This document shows positions 1-12,050 of a DNA stretch of 64,000 nucleotides, piece by piece. The position numbers and the translations under genes were made by a program. Under the pieces are notes generated by a model. It was not told the origin of the DNA. It was given only the letters and a program-made list of their open reading frames with translations, and made no database searches. Within the stretch, counting starts at the first letter, position 1. Each line of letters starts with the position of its first letter. The stretch comes from Somniosus microcephalus (lineage: Eukaryota). The stretch spans positions 31,062,001 through 31,126,000 of the forward strand of contig JBMRGM010000043.1 in NCBI GenBank assembly GCA_052327205.1, read 5' to 3'.

Positions 1-174
1 AAGTGCTCATCTGAATGCTTCTTGAATGTTGTGAGGGTTCCTGCATCTACCATTTCATGATGATATGGAAATATATGGAAAGCGTACTTATTCTGTGTCG
101 CTTTTATGCTTTCGCTAGTAAATCTGATGGGAGAGTGCATGGAGCACACTCCGACCATTCTGTTCTGCAATGAC

Positions 175-1225
175 ATATGGGGTGGGAGGAGGTGACTAGT
201 GGTGTTTTGCAAGGATCAGTGCTTGGGCACCAGCTATTCACAATAAATATCAATGATTTGGATGAGGGAACCAAATATAATATTTCCAAGTTTGCTGATG
301 AAATGACACGAGGTGGGATCGTGAGTTGTTATTAGGAGGCAAAGTGTCTTCAAGGAGATTTAGACAAGTTGAGTGAGTGGGCAAAACCATTGCAGATGCA
401 GCATAACGTGGATAAATGTGAAGTTATCCACTTCGGTTGGAAAAACAGAAAGGCAGAGTACTAAATAAATGGTGATAGATTGGGAAATGTTCATGTATAA
501 AGGGACCTGTGTGTCCTTGTACCCCAAACACTGAAAGCAAATATGCAGGTACAGCAAGCAGTTAGGAAGGCAAGTGGTATGTTGATATTCATTGCAAGAG
601 GATTTGAGTACAGGAGCAAGGATGTCTTTCTACAGTTATAGAGGGCCTTGGTGAGACAACACCTGGAGTACTGTGTGCAGTTTTGGTCTCCTTACCTAAG
701 AAAGGATGTACTTGACATAGAGGGAGTGCAGCGAAAGTTCACCAGACTGGTTGCCGGGATGGCAGGACTGTCGTATGAGGACAGACTGGGTCGACTAGGC
801 CTGTGTTCACTACAGTTTAGAAGAATGTGTGGATCTCATTGAAACGGTTAAAATTCTGGCAGGGCTACGCAGACTGGATGCAGGGAGGATGTTTCCCCTG
901 GCTGGCGTGTCTAGAACGAGGGGTCACAGTCTCAGGATACGGGGTAGGAAGTTTAGGACTGAGACGAGGAGAAACGTCTTCACTCATAGGGTGGTGAACC
1001 TGTGGAATTCTCTACCACAGAAGGCTGTGGAGGGCGAGTCACTGAATATATTTAAGAAGGGGATAGATAGATTTCTAGACACAAAAGGCATCAAGGGGCA
1101 TGGGGAGAGAGCTGGAATATGTTTGTGAGACGTAGGATCTGCCATGATCATATTGAATGGCAGAGCATGCTCGAAGGGCTGAATGGCCTACTCCTTCTCC
1201 TATTTTTCCATGTTTCTGTGTTTCT
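175..1225 (+). mobile_element. CR1 (HER1-like) LINE, 5'-truncated RT C-terminus and 3' tail, frameshifted
   Basis: Encodes QGSVLG..LFTININDLDEG / KFAD motifs. ORFs 648 (HLEYCVQFWSP) and 829 (RTRGHSLR..VVNLWNSLP) are typical CR1 ORF2 C-terminus. Ends in a short (tgtttc)-type tail. Confidence 0.93.
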
Positions 1226-1538
1226 AAGCTGGGTCCGGTGTAAATCACAAAATCCTGATTTGCATGGTGACAGAGGAGTACCGCCAGGAAAAGGCAGGTG
1301 CTTCTGCCGCCCAAAGGTCGGCCATTCTAAAAGTTTAAGCAGCCAGGGAGTTTCCGTTTACAACGTGCTGAGGTCGATATCAACGATGTAAAGTCATCAC
1401 CAACTCAAAAGATCGATCCATGGGCACCCGATAGGTAGCGCCCATTTTGGACAGCGACTAGAAATTCTCTGTAGTGGATATTGCACAGATTAGTTTCAAC
1501 AATTCTAATCAGAACATTATTTTATTTTCATTCTACAG

Positions 1539-1793
1539 CCCATGTCCCAGAAGTAGTCCTTAGCAATCCGAGCGATGGAATCGTGAAAGAAGGGGAGACA
1601 TTTTACCTGCATTGTCGATACAGAGGCATGAATCAATGGGCTTATTGGTATAAAGATGAGACTTATATTCATTATAAATATATGTTCTTTGAAAGATATG
1701 CAGATAGTCGCAGTGGAGCGTCTTACCAGTGTTCAGTGCCGCTGCTTTGGTCCTCCTCTGAGAAGAGTAAACCTCTGGATTTAGTCACCATTG
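1539..1793 (+). CDS. Gene 1 Ig exon A (C2-set, FcR D1-like)
   Basis: ttctacag| acceptor, G|gtaggt donor, 255 nt, phase 1-1. AHVPEVVLS..KEGETFYLHC..W..GASYQC..LDLVTI with canonical Cys/Trp/Cys. Confidence 0.9.
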
Positions 1794-3588
1794 GTAGGTA
1801 AACTTCGACACCAATGATCATAGCACAGTTTTAGTCGAGAAATGTGTCGCTTATAAAGGGGCCTCACAGTCAAATATAGTACAGGATATCAAGCACATGC
1901 AATACTGGGATAAAATTGGACCACTGGGCAGAAGTGTATCTTCATCCCTCCTCCTAACAGGGGGACCTCTCGGTTTCCCCAGAGTTGAAATATATGCCGC
2001 TATTTTGTGCGGTAGTATCAGCCAGTTTCACCTCCCATTTATATCACATTAACTTCAATTGAAATATCGCACAGAGTCTAAATCTACCCAAATTCTTACA
2101 TGTTGTTAGGTCAATCAAATGTTATTTATTTCAAGAGAGACCTTAAACCGCTAATTGTGCATGGAACAGCGGCTCTCTAAAACAGCAGATACGAGAAAGC
2201 CACCGTTAATATCTCCTAGAGTAATTTTAAGACTGTGTTGAAAGCTTAAATTCTATTTCCAAAGTTCAAACTACAAAATCTGTGATCTGCAAACTAGTTT
2301 ATATTAATAATAATGACATCTGAGAATTGCTGTGTCGCTGGTCTGATATGCAATGACTTCTCCATTTAAACATTACTTCATCCTCTGCGAAGTAGGTTGT
2401 AGGGTGACCCATCACAGGTTTAAAATCCAACTTTGGTGGAAGCACGTAATGGGCTCTACTCTCTCCAACCCTGTTACAAATCAAATGTAAAAGTCATAAA
2501 ACCGACTGCTGTTTCGTATTCGCTCATTTGCCGCCAATGTGTATTACAAATTTATACCGGAGTGGGAATAACTTTACCTTTCATCGCAGGGTGAAATAAA
2601 CAGGCGAGGTCCAATCAATCGCCATGTTTTAGATTCAGGTGGAGTCGCATTTCTATTTACTTCAGTGTTAAATAAATCGAGAGTGGTTTGAAACTTATGG
2701 CTGCTCCATTACTGCCCTTTGGCCTCTTGGCGGTAAAAGTGAAAAGTAGCTCAAGTGTATCCTCCCGGCGCTCCCCTGGGATCAGGATTGGTTGGAAGTG
2801 CATCTGCAGACCCGAGGCATGGTGAGAAGTGGAGTGTACATTTATCTTGTGTCTCTCAGAAAACAAATTATTATGAGGTGCAACGAATGCTTTTATCTAG
2901 GTAATAAGCAATGCTAGAAAAATTGTTGATAGGTGACTAACTAGGGGCGCTCCTTGAGCACTGCCACAAGTTTATTGTATGTGCAGTGCAAAAACCCTTT
3001 ACATACATAAATGGGGTTCCCTTCCGCACACCTGGCGAAGTTACAGCGGAGGAGCGAAGGCAGGAAATTGCCCTGTGTTTCCACAAAAGGTAATGGGACA
3101 ATGAGCAGCTAATTTGTTTGGTCTTGCTGGACGAACGAGCAATACCCCAGGACACTGGAACGACTTCTTCGTCTTGGCGTCGTTCAATGGGATTTTTAAC
3201 TGATATCAGAAGCACCTGAACAGGTGAAAGCGGCCACGGTTTTAATATCTTGATTGCACAACATTTACAAATACCAGACGTTTATTTAGAGAGGGCTGGG
3301 CATCTGCCTGGCTGTTGAATCGATCCTCGCCATTGAACTTCGTTGATGAAACCTTGAAGGGCAATATGAGCAGTGATAGCTCAGCATTAGAAAGGGAACG
3401 GTCACTCTCTGAACCAATAAACATTAGTTTGGCTTTTCAGGTCTTAAAATTACTTTTAGTTACTGAGGTGATACCGATTGCTCTGGATATTGAGCTGCAC
3501 TTTCAAGCCAATGTTTTTTAACATTGAAGAATGGTGCTTTAACATATTTTAATTTGTATTTCGTTCATATGTTTCACTTTTTTTGCAG

Positions 3589-3855
3589 CTTCTGATATGA
3601 ATTTAACTCTGGAAGTGAATCCAACATCCGCACTGTCATGTGACAGTATTATCCTGAAATGTTTGATGCCTTCCTGGAAATGGAGAGAAGGTTTTCCCTT
3701 CCTGTGGTATCGAGATAAACAGTTAATAGCAGAAACTGACGAATCTCAGTACACCATAGAAAACGCAAAAGAGTCAGATACGGCACCATATCGGTGTGAA
3801 CTCAAAATACGTTACAGGAAGTGGATCTCCCCGGATGTAACCATCACCATAAAAA
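3589..3855 (+). CDS. Gene 1 Ig exon B (C2-set)
   Basis: ttttgcag| acceptor, A|gttggt donor, 267 nt, phase 1-1. ASDMNLTLEVNP..ILKC..FLWYRD..DTAPYRC..VTITIK. Confidence 0.88.
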
Positions 3856-3944
3856 GTTGGTCACTGCTTTTCTTTTTCATTTTCTTTATTTGATCTGGTA
3901 ATGAGCTGTTGAAGGATGTGAAGTATTCTAAGAATCCTTGGCCT

Positions 3945-4235
3945 ATATATGACTGCACAACCACAGAAATGTGGTTGACTCTTAATCCCCTCTGAAATGG
4001 CCTGGCAAGCTACTAAGTTTTATCAAAGCACGAGAAAAAACTGTAAGATTAAAACTTGGAGGAACACCTGGCATTGAACTAGGCATCATATTCGGACACA
4101 GATAAGACACACAGTCAACCCTGCAAAGCCCTCCTCCCTAACATCTGGGGACTTCTGCAAAAATTGGGACAGCTGTCCCACAGACCAGTCAAGCAATAGC
4201 CTGTCATAGTGATGATCACAGAATCATACCTTCCA
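3945..4235 (+). mobile_element. LINE/SINE-derived repeat fragment
   Basis: ccacagaaatgtggttgactcttaa..ctgaaatggcc is shared with the repeat near 62320-62360. It sits where gene 2 has its D exon region. Confidence 0.5.
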
Positions 4236-4643
4236 ACCAATGTGGTGGCTGGGTGGTGACAGAGTGATGTAACTGTGAATATTTGCAGAATTCACAGTGA
4301 TCATAGTAGATGTTGAGACACAGCAGGGAATAGCGAAAAGAGCAAAGTTCTATTGAAGGATTCATACTTGAATAAGTCTTGCACAGCGTGGAGTTCCTGT
4401 ATCAGCAGAATATATTAAGCAGATTAAGTTCTCCGCAAACAAAGCAGCGAGTGCAAATCCATAACAATATAGTAATGCTGCCTACTGGAGTGTTCCACAA
4501 TACAGCTGCTGGTTACCATTTAGTACAGTCGCACCTCGTGGTGGTTCTTGGTATATCCTTGCTCTTGTTATCAATAATCTCTGCTATTTGTTTAACTATA
4601 TGAGATGAATTCTTACCTCCCAATCCATATTCTGTTTTCACCG

Positions 4644-4921
4644 AACTCTTCTCCAAACCTAAACTGAGGACTGAGCCTACAGTTAAAATATTTGAGGTAG
4701 ATCAGTTAAAATTCATTTTTTTTATTGAAACAATGCTGTTCAATATTAGGCTTCAATACACATTTCACAAAAATGGCAAAGCTCTGCAGTTGAATTCATA
4801 CATCAACTCTAAGCACATGGGGGCAGCTTCTTTGAAGGGCTCGGTGACTTAGCCTTGTTGAGCAAATGCTTTCTACCACCGTGATAACAACAGAGTGATG
4901 AGGTTTCCATTACGGTAGAAG
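4644..4921 (+). pseudogene. Gene 1 dead Ig exon C (FcR D3-like pseudoexon)
   Basis: Homologous to 41797-42072 and 47853-48131, but the acceptor AG is mutated to CG (ttttcaccg|aactc), there is a TAC>TAG stop near 4850, and the first Cys codon is lost. Confidence 0.85.
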
Positions 4922-6256
4922 GTAAATAGAACCAGCTGTAATTACTGTTCATCTTTCATTTAAAGAATTTTTCAGGGGATTATAGATAAATAAATATACG
5001 GGAGGGATCCAATGTGGAAAAAGATTTACTCCCAGCTTTATCACATAATAAATCAATTTTGGATGTGATCTGTTTAAATCAAAGCGCCACCTGGTTCTAT
5101 ATAAAATCCATACATTTACTGAAACCCACACTTGTAATAGCTGCAACGTTTGAAGACCAGTGTCCACTCCCAGTGGCTAATATTAGCTTCCTGCAATAGT
5201 GTCGAATGGGCGATACTGAATTTGCCTCCCATTATATGTCCCTCCCGTGTTTGCGTCGCATCATTATCATTGGACAGGAACATCGTGCGTGGTGTACAAT
5301 TGGTGCAAGATTCGATACCATGCGTTTTACACCATGGATCCAAGGTCAAGTTACCTCCTCTGTTTCTGTCTGACTGAATCAGCAACGAGCAGAACCTGGT
5401 CAGGAACAGCACGGTGTTTAATCAGACAGTGCCTTACCACTTACTAGTCCCGGCAATCGTTGCTAGCTGAAATCTCGGTGCTAAAATTTAACTTGGAGAG
5501 TGCAGTAGATAATTGGCAGACAAGGAAATCGAATTTCACCTGTGTGTAGATAGTATGGCCAATGAGCTACTACCGGTTTTGCACCCCAGACAAACTTGAA
5601 TTTCCACCCCTCCAATTTCAGTAGAGGGGGATGACGGGGTGGCAAAACGCCGGAGGCTATTGAAGGCTGAGCCCCTGATGTCCGGCCTCTCGATTGCGTT
5701 CAGTTAGAATCTGCCAATCATAACTCTATCTTTACATTTTAAAAGGAGCAGGCAATCAGAACACCAAGTGGGTGTTATCGATCCTGTGTCATCAGTGCAT
5801 TTTCAAAGAATTGCATTGTCCATAGCTGAGCGTTTAACATGAATGTCCTAAAATGTGAAGGTGCTGCAACAATGACCAATGAGGTTTCAGTATTTAAGAC
5901 TTGGGCATAAAGCATCGCCTGGGCGGAGAGCAGAGTCCAAAATCTGAGTGGGGGGAATGGGGTGGGCTGAAGAGGGATAATCTCACAGGACCCGCAGGGT
6001 GTTTCCTCCATTCATTTTAACGGAAGGGTTAACTTCTCCCCAAATCTAGCCACGAGAGTATGTTCAGATGTCGGTGTTCCAAAGTGCATCTTCCTATAAA
6101 CAGAGTGCAACCAAGGATTATTGAACGGCTCTTTCTTTGAACCGCTGTCAGCATTTCATTGCTCTGATCATTAACTTGTGTTATCCAAACAAATACTTTC
6201 ATAAATCTTTGAGAGATGCTTCAGCTGGTAAATCTATTTTTTACTCTATTTTATAG

Positions 6257-6535
6257 AGCTCTTCTCCAAACCTACATTGAGGGCTGATTCTGAAGCTCAA
6301 ATATTTGAGGGCCAACAGTTAAATCTCGCATGTTTGGTTGAAATATTTTGCTCCAATTCGTCTTTGAGATATGTATTTTTCAAAAATGAACAAGCTCTCA
6401 ATTCAGCGGCAGACCACAACTATTACATCAAGGAGACATCACTGCTGGACGATTCGGGGATTTACCAGTGTGAAGCAAGTACTTTGAACAGTGAGGTGAA
6501 GAAACTGAGTAATCAGGTTTCTGTTTCAGTCAGAC
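6257..6535 (+). CDS. Gene 1 Ig exon E (FcR D3-like)
   Basis: ttttatag| acceptor, C|gtgagt donor, 279 nt. ELFSKPTLRADS..EGQQLNLAC..YVFFKN..DSGIYQCEA..SNQVSVSVR. Confidence 0.9.
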
Positions 6536-7414
6536 GTGAGTACAATTTACTGTTAGAATTTAGCATCTTTCATCCACAAAATTCCCAGCAGGTTCGCACA
6601 CGGGGATTGATCCGTGAAGTAAGGGCCTTACCTATATGTTCAACATGCACTGAATACATAAATAACTAAATTATTGTCGCATAGACAACAGGGGAAAGGA
6701 AATAATAGCATGTTTATACAACACATTCGTGAGGCCACAGATACTGTGTCCAATGTCCTGCCTTCCATTTTAAAGAGAACAGTAAAATCACAGAAAACGG
6801 GCAGCGTTGATTCACCAGATGACGCCAGGGATGGAAAACTTTATTCACCAGAATAGACTTGAGCTACTGGCACGAACACTACCGGAGTAGCCATGGCTAA
6901 GAGTTATTTCATTACTGTTTATTACATGATAAGACCGAGATAGGGTGATAAGGGAATGGTATTTACTCTGATTGCGAAGACAGGAAGGAGGGATCATTGA
7001 TGTATAATTATCAATATAAGCGGGAGGATAGCTTAGAAGAACGTTCTTTATTCGAGGATTGCTGGAACAAAGAATGATTGGCCAAGTGGAGCAGTGGAGT
7101 TAGATGCAATTGCATTTAGGTAGATAGTGTTTATGGTACTGGAATAGTGCAGAGTTAGTAGGAATCAGTACCAGGCCAGAGATAGTAGGGTGGCCACTAG
7201 TGGATTGCAATAGGAATCATTGCAATTCCAGAATCAGTTTTTCCTCTATTAATTCCACTGACTGCTGAAGTAGGAGAGGGGCACGGGCGCCCAAGATTGG
7301 AGTGGTAACCTAAATGACGAGGCTCTTTATTTTGATGAGAGCCCTATTTCACTTTGAAAGTAATACTACAAATTCCACAAAAGCAATGTAATTGACAAAT
7401 GGTTATATTTACAG

Positions 7415-7702
7415 GAATCCCAGTGTCCAAACCGGAACTGGCAATCAGCCCTGGTAAAGAGTTACTGGAAGGCGACACAGCATCGTTAACCTGCTCAGTG
7501 TTCAACGGTTCTACCCCGATTACCTACATATTGTACAAAGGCCCAAATAAAGAACTCTTCCGAGAGGAGTCCAACCTAACCGAAATTACTTACCAAATCG
7601 GTAAAGTCAACCAAAGCACCCAAGGGGATTATATTTGTGGTGTTTCAAACGAAGCGACCAGACGTCCTCTACACAGCGATTTTGTTACGGTTGCAGTGCT
7701 AG
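7415..7702 (+). CDS. Gene 1 Ig exon F (membrane-proximal, FCRL D5-like)
   Basis: tttacag| acceptor, G|gtgagt donor, 288 nt. IPVSKPELAISP..EGDTASLTCSV..GSTPITY..GDYICGVSN resembles FCRL 'IPVSRPVL..GSPPILY' domains. Confidence 0.9.
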
Positions 7703-8094
7703 GTGAGTTATTATAAATACCTCTGAGGCAGAACGAAACAAGTGACTCAGTGAGAACAGTCCGGGAATCACTGCTTTTGCCAATAGCTTGGACGTTGTAA
7801 CATCTTCTTTGACATTCTTCTGTGTGAAGTGAGGCACTGCGCCATTTACATTAAACAGGTGAATGCCTAAAAAGAACAAGAATGTCATCTGATTGCATCA
7901 AGTATTGGTCTACAAACTGCAACTGTTAGTTGTAGATTTAAAACGGCTGATCAGTCTGTTTAATTGACAAATTGAGAGAAGTTATACGGAGAGGTTAATG
8001 ACGACTCAAATCTTAATACCATCGGCAGTAATTTTTGGGCTATAAATTTTAGAACATCATCTCTTAACCGTAGCTGCTAATACTTTTGTATTTG

Positions 8095-8200
8095 TATATG
8101 GGATTGGGCGTCGCTGGCAACATTTGCTTTAATTGGCCATCCCTAATTGCCCTTGAGAAGGTAGTGGTGAGCCACCTTCTTGAACCGCTGCAGTCCACGT
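8095..8200 (-). mobile_element. LINE 3'-end fragment (L2/CR1 superfamily)
   Basis: ccctaattgcccttgagaaggtagtggtgagccaccttcttgaaccgctgcagtcc. The same element occurs at the matching intron position of gene 2 (50975-51560) and in + orientation at 54230-54550 and 62420-62645. Confidence 0.7.
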
Positions 8201-8209
8201 GGTGATCAT

Positions 8210-8678
8210 CCAAATTCAGTACCCTGTCCCTGCTTTCTACCCACATCCCTTGATCCTGTTAGCCTTAAGCAACATATCTAACTCCTTCTTGAAAATAATT
8301 AATGAATTGGCCTCAACTTCCTTTTGTGGTAGAGAATTCCACAGGTTCTCCACTCTCTGGGTGAAGAAATTCCTCCTCATCTCTGTTCTAAATGGCTTAC
8401 CCCTTATCCTTAGACTGTGACCCCTGGTTCTGGACTCCCCGACTATCGGGAACATCCTTCCTGCATCTAATCTGTCGAGTCCTTTTAGAATTTTATACGT
8501 TTTATTGAGATCCCCTCTCATTCTTCAAAACTCCAGTGAATATAAGCCCAATTGACCCAATCACTCCTCATACGGCATTCCTGTCATCCCAGGTATCAGT
8601 CCAGTTAATCAGCGCTGTACTCCCTCCATGGCGAGAACATCCTTCCTCAGATAAGGAGAACATCCTTCCTCAGATAAG
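8210..8678 (-). mobile_element. CR1 LINE RT C-terminal fragment
   Basis: ORF 8237-8521 (MRGDLNKTYKILKGLDRLDAGRMFP..RTRGHSL..NLWNSLP). The 5' junction has a short direct duplication (agaacatccttcctcagataag x2). Confidence 0.9.
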
Positions 8679-8682
8679 TTAC

Positions 8683-8868
8683 TTGAGGGCCAACAGTTAA
8701 AACTCGCCTGTTTGGTTGAAATATTTCGCTCCAGTTCAGCGGCAGACCACAACTATTACATTAAGGAAACATCACGGCCTGACGATTCGGGGACTTACCT
8801 TGGTAAAGCAACTACTTTGCACAGCGAGGTGAAGAAACTGAACAATCAGGTTTCAGTTTCAGTCAGAC
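8683..8868 (+). pseudogene. Gene 1 truncated second E-type Ig exon
   Basis: Homologous to 6257-6535. The 5' part and acceptor are replaced by CR1, about 40 nt of the C-strand region is deleted, and the second Cys is lost (TYLG). The donor C|gtgagt is retained. Confidence 0.82.
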
Positions 8869-9061
8869 GTGAGTACAATTTACTGCAATTATCTATCATC
8901 TTTCATCCACTAAATTACCAACACATGCACACAATGGGATTCTTCATTCTGGCACAGGGCTTATCTATATGTTTAAGATGCACTGTATAAATAAATGAAT
9001 ATATCCGTACATACTTGAAACCGTATTATGTTATTCATGGGATATGTTTATTTTATTCCAG

Positions 9062-9163
9062 TGCAGATTCACACAACCGCGATCAGAGCCTCAGTTTTTA
9101 CACTTTTTCTTGTTGCTGCCCTGATTGCACTGGTACTCGTCAATCGTCCCAACAAGAAACAAG
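9062..9163 (+). CDS. Gene 1 transmembrane exon with Arg (VQIHTTAIRASVFTLFLVAALIALVLVNRPNKKQ)
   Basis: ttattccag| acceptor, G|gtgagt donor, 102 nt, phase 1-1. Hydrophobic stretch with an AGA Arg codon at 9085-9087. Same length as the gene 2 TM exon. Confidence 0.88.
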
Positions 9164-9687
9164 GTGAGTCATGTTTTACAGGCAGGTGATTGGCTCTATA
9201 GTCACGCGAAGGGCTTCAGTGTATTCTATATTCAGTTGCGACATTCAAAATGCAACCATATTATTTGGGCAAAAGAGGGATAGTCTGGGCTGGAAAAAGA
9301 AAAATGTTATTTGAAATGACGATCTCAGAACAGACAGGAGCTTAAGACTGGGGCGAATTTGCCCAGTTAAGTGTTTTTATTTCCCTTTGTGCTGTTCAGA
9401 ATTGATATGCATGTGGCCGAGGGGTAGAACAATAAGTGGCAGCATCATTCGTGGTTAGTGTGAGGAGACGATGCATCCTAAAGGATTTGTAACGCGGTAT
9501 ATGGTAATATCTTACATGTTTCTGTATATCTTTTCTGTATTGATTCTGTATTAATAAGTCATTTAATGCACGTTTGTAAAAGTTTAGATTTAATGTGAAT
9601 GAATACGTTTGCAGTTAAACAAATCCACCTGTACAGCAATATTTATTGTACAACTTGCTGAAGTAGGTCTCTTCCTGTTTTATCCAG

Positions 9688-9718
9688 AAAATTCTTCAAG
9701 AATTTCACAATCGTTTGG
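9688..9718 (+). CDS. Gene 1 cytoplasmic mini-exon 1 (ENSSRISQSFG)
   Basis: tatccag| acceptor, GG|gtaagt donor, 31 nt, phase 1-2. Paralog of 53059-53089. Confidence 0.8.
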
Positions 9719-10639
9719 GTAAGTCCACGCAATTTTTAGCTGAATAAGCCATAGCTATATCCCTGAATATACTCAGTCTCTGTATAGCTGAACTAAACGC
9801 GGTAAATGCTTGTGCGGTAGATTTTATCAATTGCATTGAACTTTAATCTGGCATTACGGATCAGCCTCCTGTTATAGAAAACACCATATTTTAATTTAAT
9901 TTGAGTTGAATGGGATTGAAAAACATGTGGTTTCTACAACGCGTGTCTGTTCTGCTACACCACTTTTTATTCCGGGCACCGAGTTGGAAAATCTGCCCCA
10001 TTGACGATAAGCCTTTACTGTAGCTCGCACTCAAACGATTACACTCCCTGCAGTCTATAAGGAGTGATCATTTTCTAAGTTATGTCAGTTGTACCTGAAC
10101 TTCCTAACTTAAACAGAGTGAAATTCGCCCTGCGTGGCACAGTAAAAGGGGTGATTACAAATCGTTTTACAGTCCGCAGATTAGATTCCAGTGACTTGTA
10201 AACAAATATTGGGCGGAGTGTAAAAACTGTTGGAGTTTCGTTTAACCCTGCTCTCCACCACCGCCCAAGAAGAAATTATACCCCAAACTCTTCAATCACT
10301 CAGTGAGCTGGACTATTCTTTAATCCTCCAATTTAATCCTCATGTAAATCACAGGGACCTGAAGCATTCTAGGATTTGGTGTGCAGGGCGATTGCGCATG
10401 TAGTTAATTTTAGTAACATTCACACAGTGACTATCTCAGGCAGTGGTCCATTTAACTGAACAAGCTTTTCTGGATACAGTTCTACTATTGATCAGCTTGA
10501 ACAGTGTTTGTTGGCTTGGAATATCTAGTCCCCTTGTGAATCCAGTCGCTGTTTATTTTCCGACTCCCCTATGCTGGACATCATTCCACATGTGTTTTAA
10601 CCTCTGACTGAATGTTGCTTGAACTTTCGATACGCTTGT

Positions 10640-12050
10640 GTGGCCCTCAATTTGAAACTGTGGCACTCTTCTAGAGCTTCGGTATGGAAGCACATCTCTA
10701 TACGCATTACCCAATCCTGTCATAACCATAAATAATAATTTTTAAAACTTCTCCATCTTCTTTCAAGATTGATTTTTTTTTAAATTACTCCAACTCCTTT
10801 CAAGGCTTTATCTCCCTGGTTTTGTAACTAATCTAGTGACCCAGCCTTTATATTCAACAAGCGTCTAGTATGTTTCTCTTATTAAAAAGATATCAACATT
10901 GTATTCACTGCGCCAGATGTGGGACATCTGCTGGGCAGAGCACAGAAAGGAAGATCTGGTCGGAATGATCTCTTGCTGAAAGCAGAAACGCTTGATTTCT
11001 GTTCCATTAAGTACCGTGAAAGGAAAATCCTGCATGTTCTGTAAAAGATGTGTTAACCTCTCCACCATATTCTCATCTTTGCATTCCTTCAACATGATTC
11101 TTAACAAACAAATGGCAGGAAAAATCATTGATACCCCATGAACTTGCATCAATACCAATTATAAATTTACGGTTATCTTTCTTGATTTCTGTGGCCCTCA
11201 ATTTGTAACTGTGGCACTCTTCTTGAGCTTCGGTATTAAAACGCATCTGTAAGCACATTCCACCATCCTGTCATAATCATAAATAATATTTCAAAAAACT
11301 TCTCATTCTTCTTTCAAGACTAATTTTTTCAAAATACTCCAACTCCTTTCATCACTCTGTCCCCTTGGTTTTGGAACTAATCTAATGATCCTGCCTTTAC
11401 ATTCATCAAGAGTCTAATATGTTTCTCTTATAAAAATGATATCAACACTGTACTCACTGCGCCAGATGTGGGACATCTGCTGGGCTGACAGCATAACGTA
11501 TGTTCAGTTGGAAGGTATCCCTTGCTGAACGCAGAACCGCTTGATATAAACACATATAAAACACATCTGTATGCACATTTCCCAAAAACCTCTTAATCAT
11601 AAATAATTATTGCTAAACTTCGCATTATTCTTTCAAGACTGAATTTTATCACAATACTCCAACTCCTTTCAAGGCTCTATCGCCCTGGTTTTGAATGTAA
11701 GCTCGTGACACGCCCTTTATATTCAACAAAAGAATCAATGTTTATTTTATTAAAATGATACCAGCACTGTACTCCCTGCGCCAGCTGTGGGACATCTGCT
11801 GGGCAGAACACAGAAAGGAAGCTTGGTTGGGAAGGAGCTCTTGCCGAAAGCAGAACCACTTGCTCCCTGTTCCATTAAGCTGCGTGCAAGGAAAATCCTG
11901 CCTGTTCTGTAAATGATGTGTGAACCTCTCCACCAGGTTCCTCTTTGATTTCCTCCAACGTGATTTTTAGCACAAAAATCATAGAAAAAATGTTTTTAAC
12001 AAAGGACATGCTCCAATACCAACTATAATTTTAAGGTTATCTCCCGTGAT
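10640..12050. repeat. Three diverged tandem copies of a ~0.55 kb unit (middle copy truncated)
   Basis: Recurring blocks: tgtggccctcaatttg (10640, 11190), tactccaactccttt (10786, 11335, 11655), gccagatgtgggacatctgctgggc (10911, 11461, 11780). Confidence 0.85.

Noticed and set aside
5014-5447. Recurring ORFs in the C-E intron (also 42285-42612 and 48357-48617)
   Set aside because: They recur only because the intron is duplicated. Frames and stops differ between copies and no domain is recognisable.
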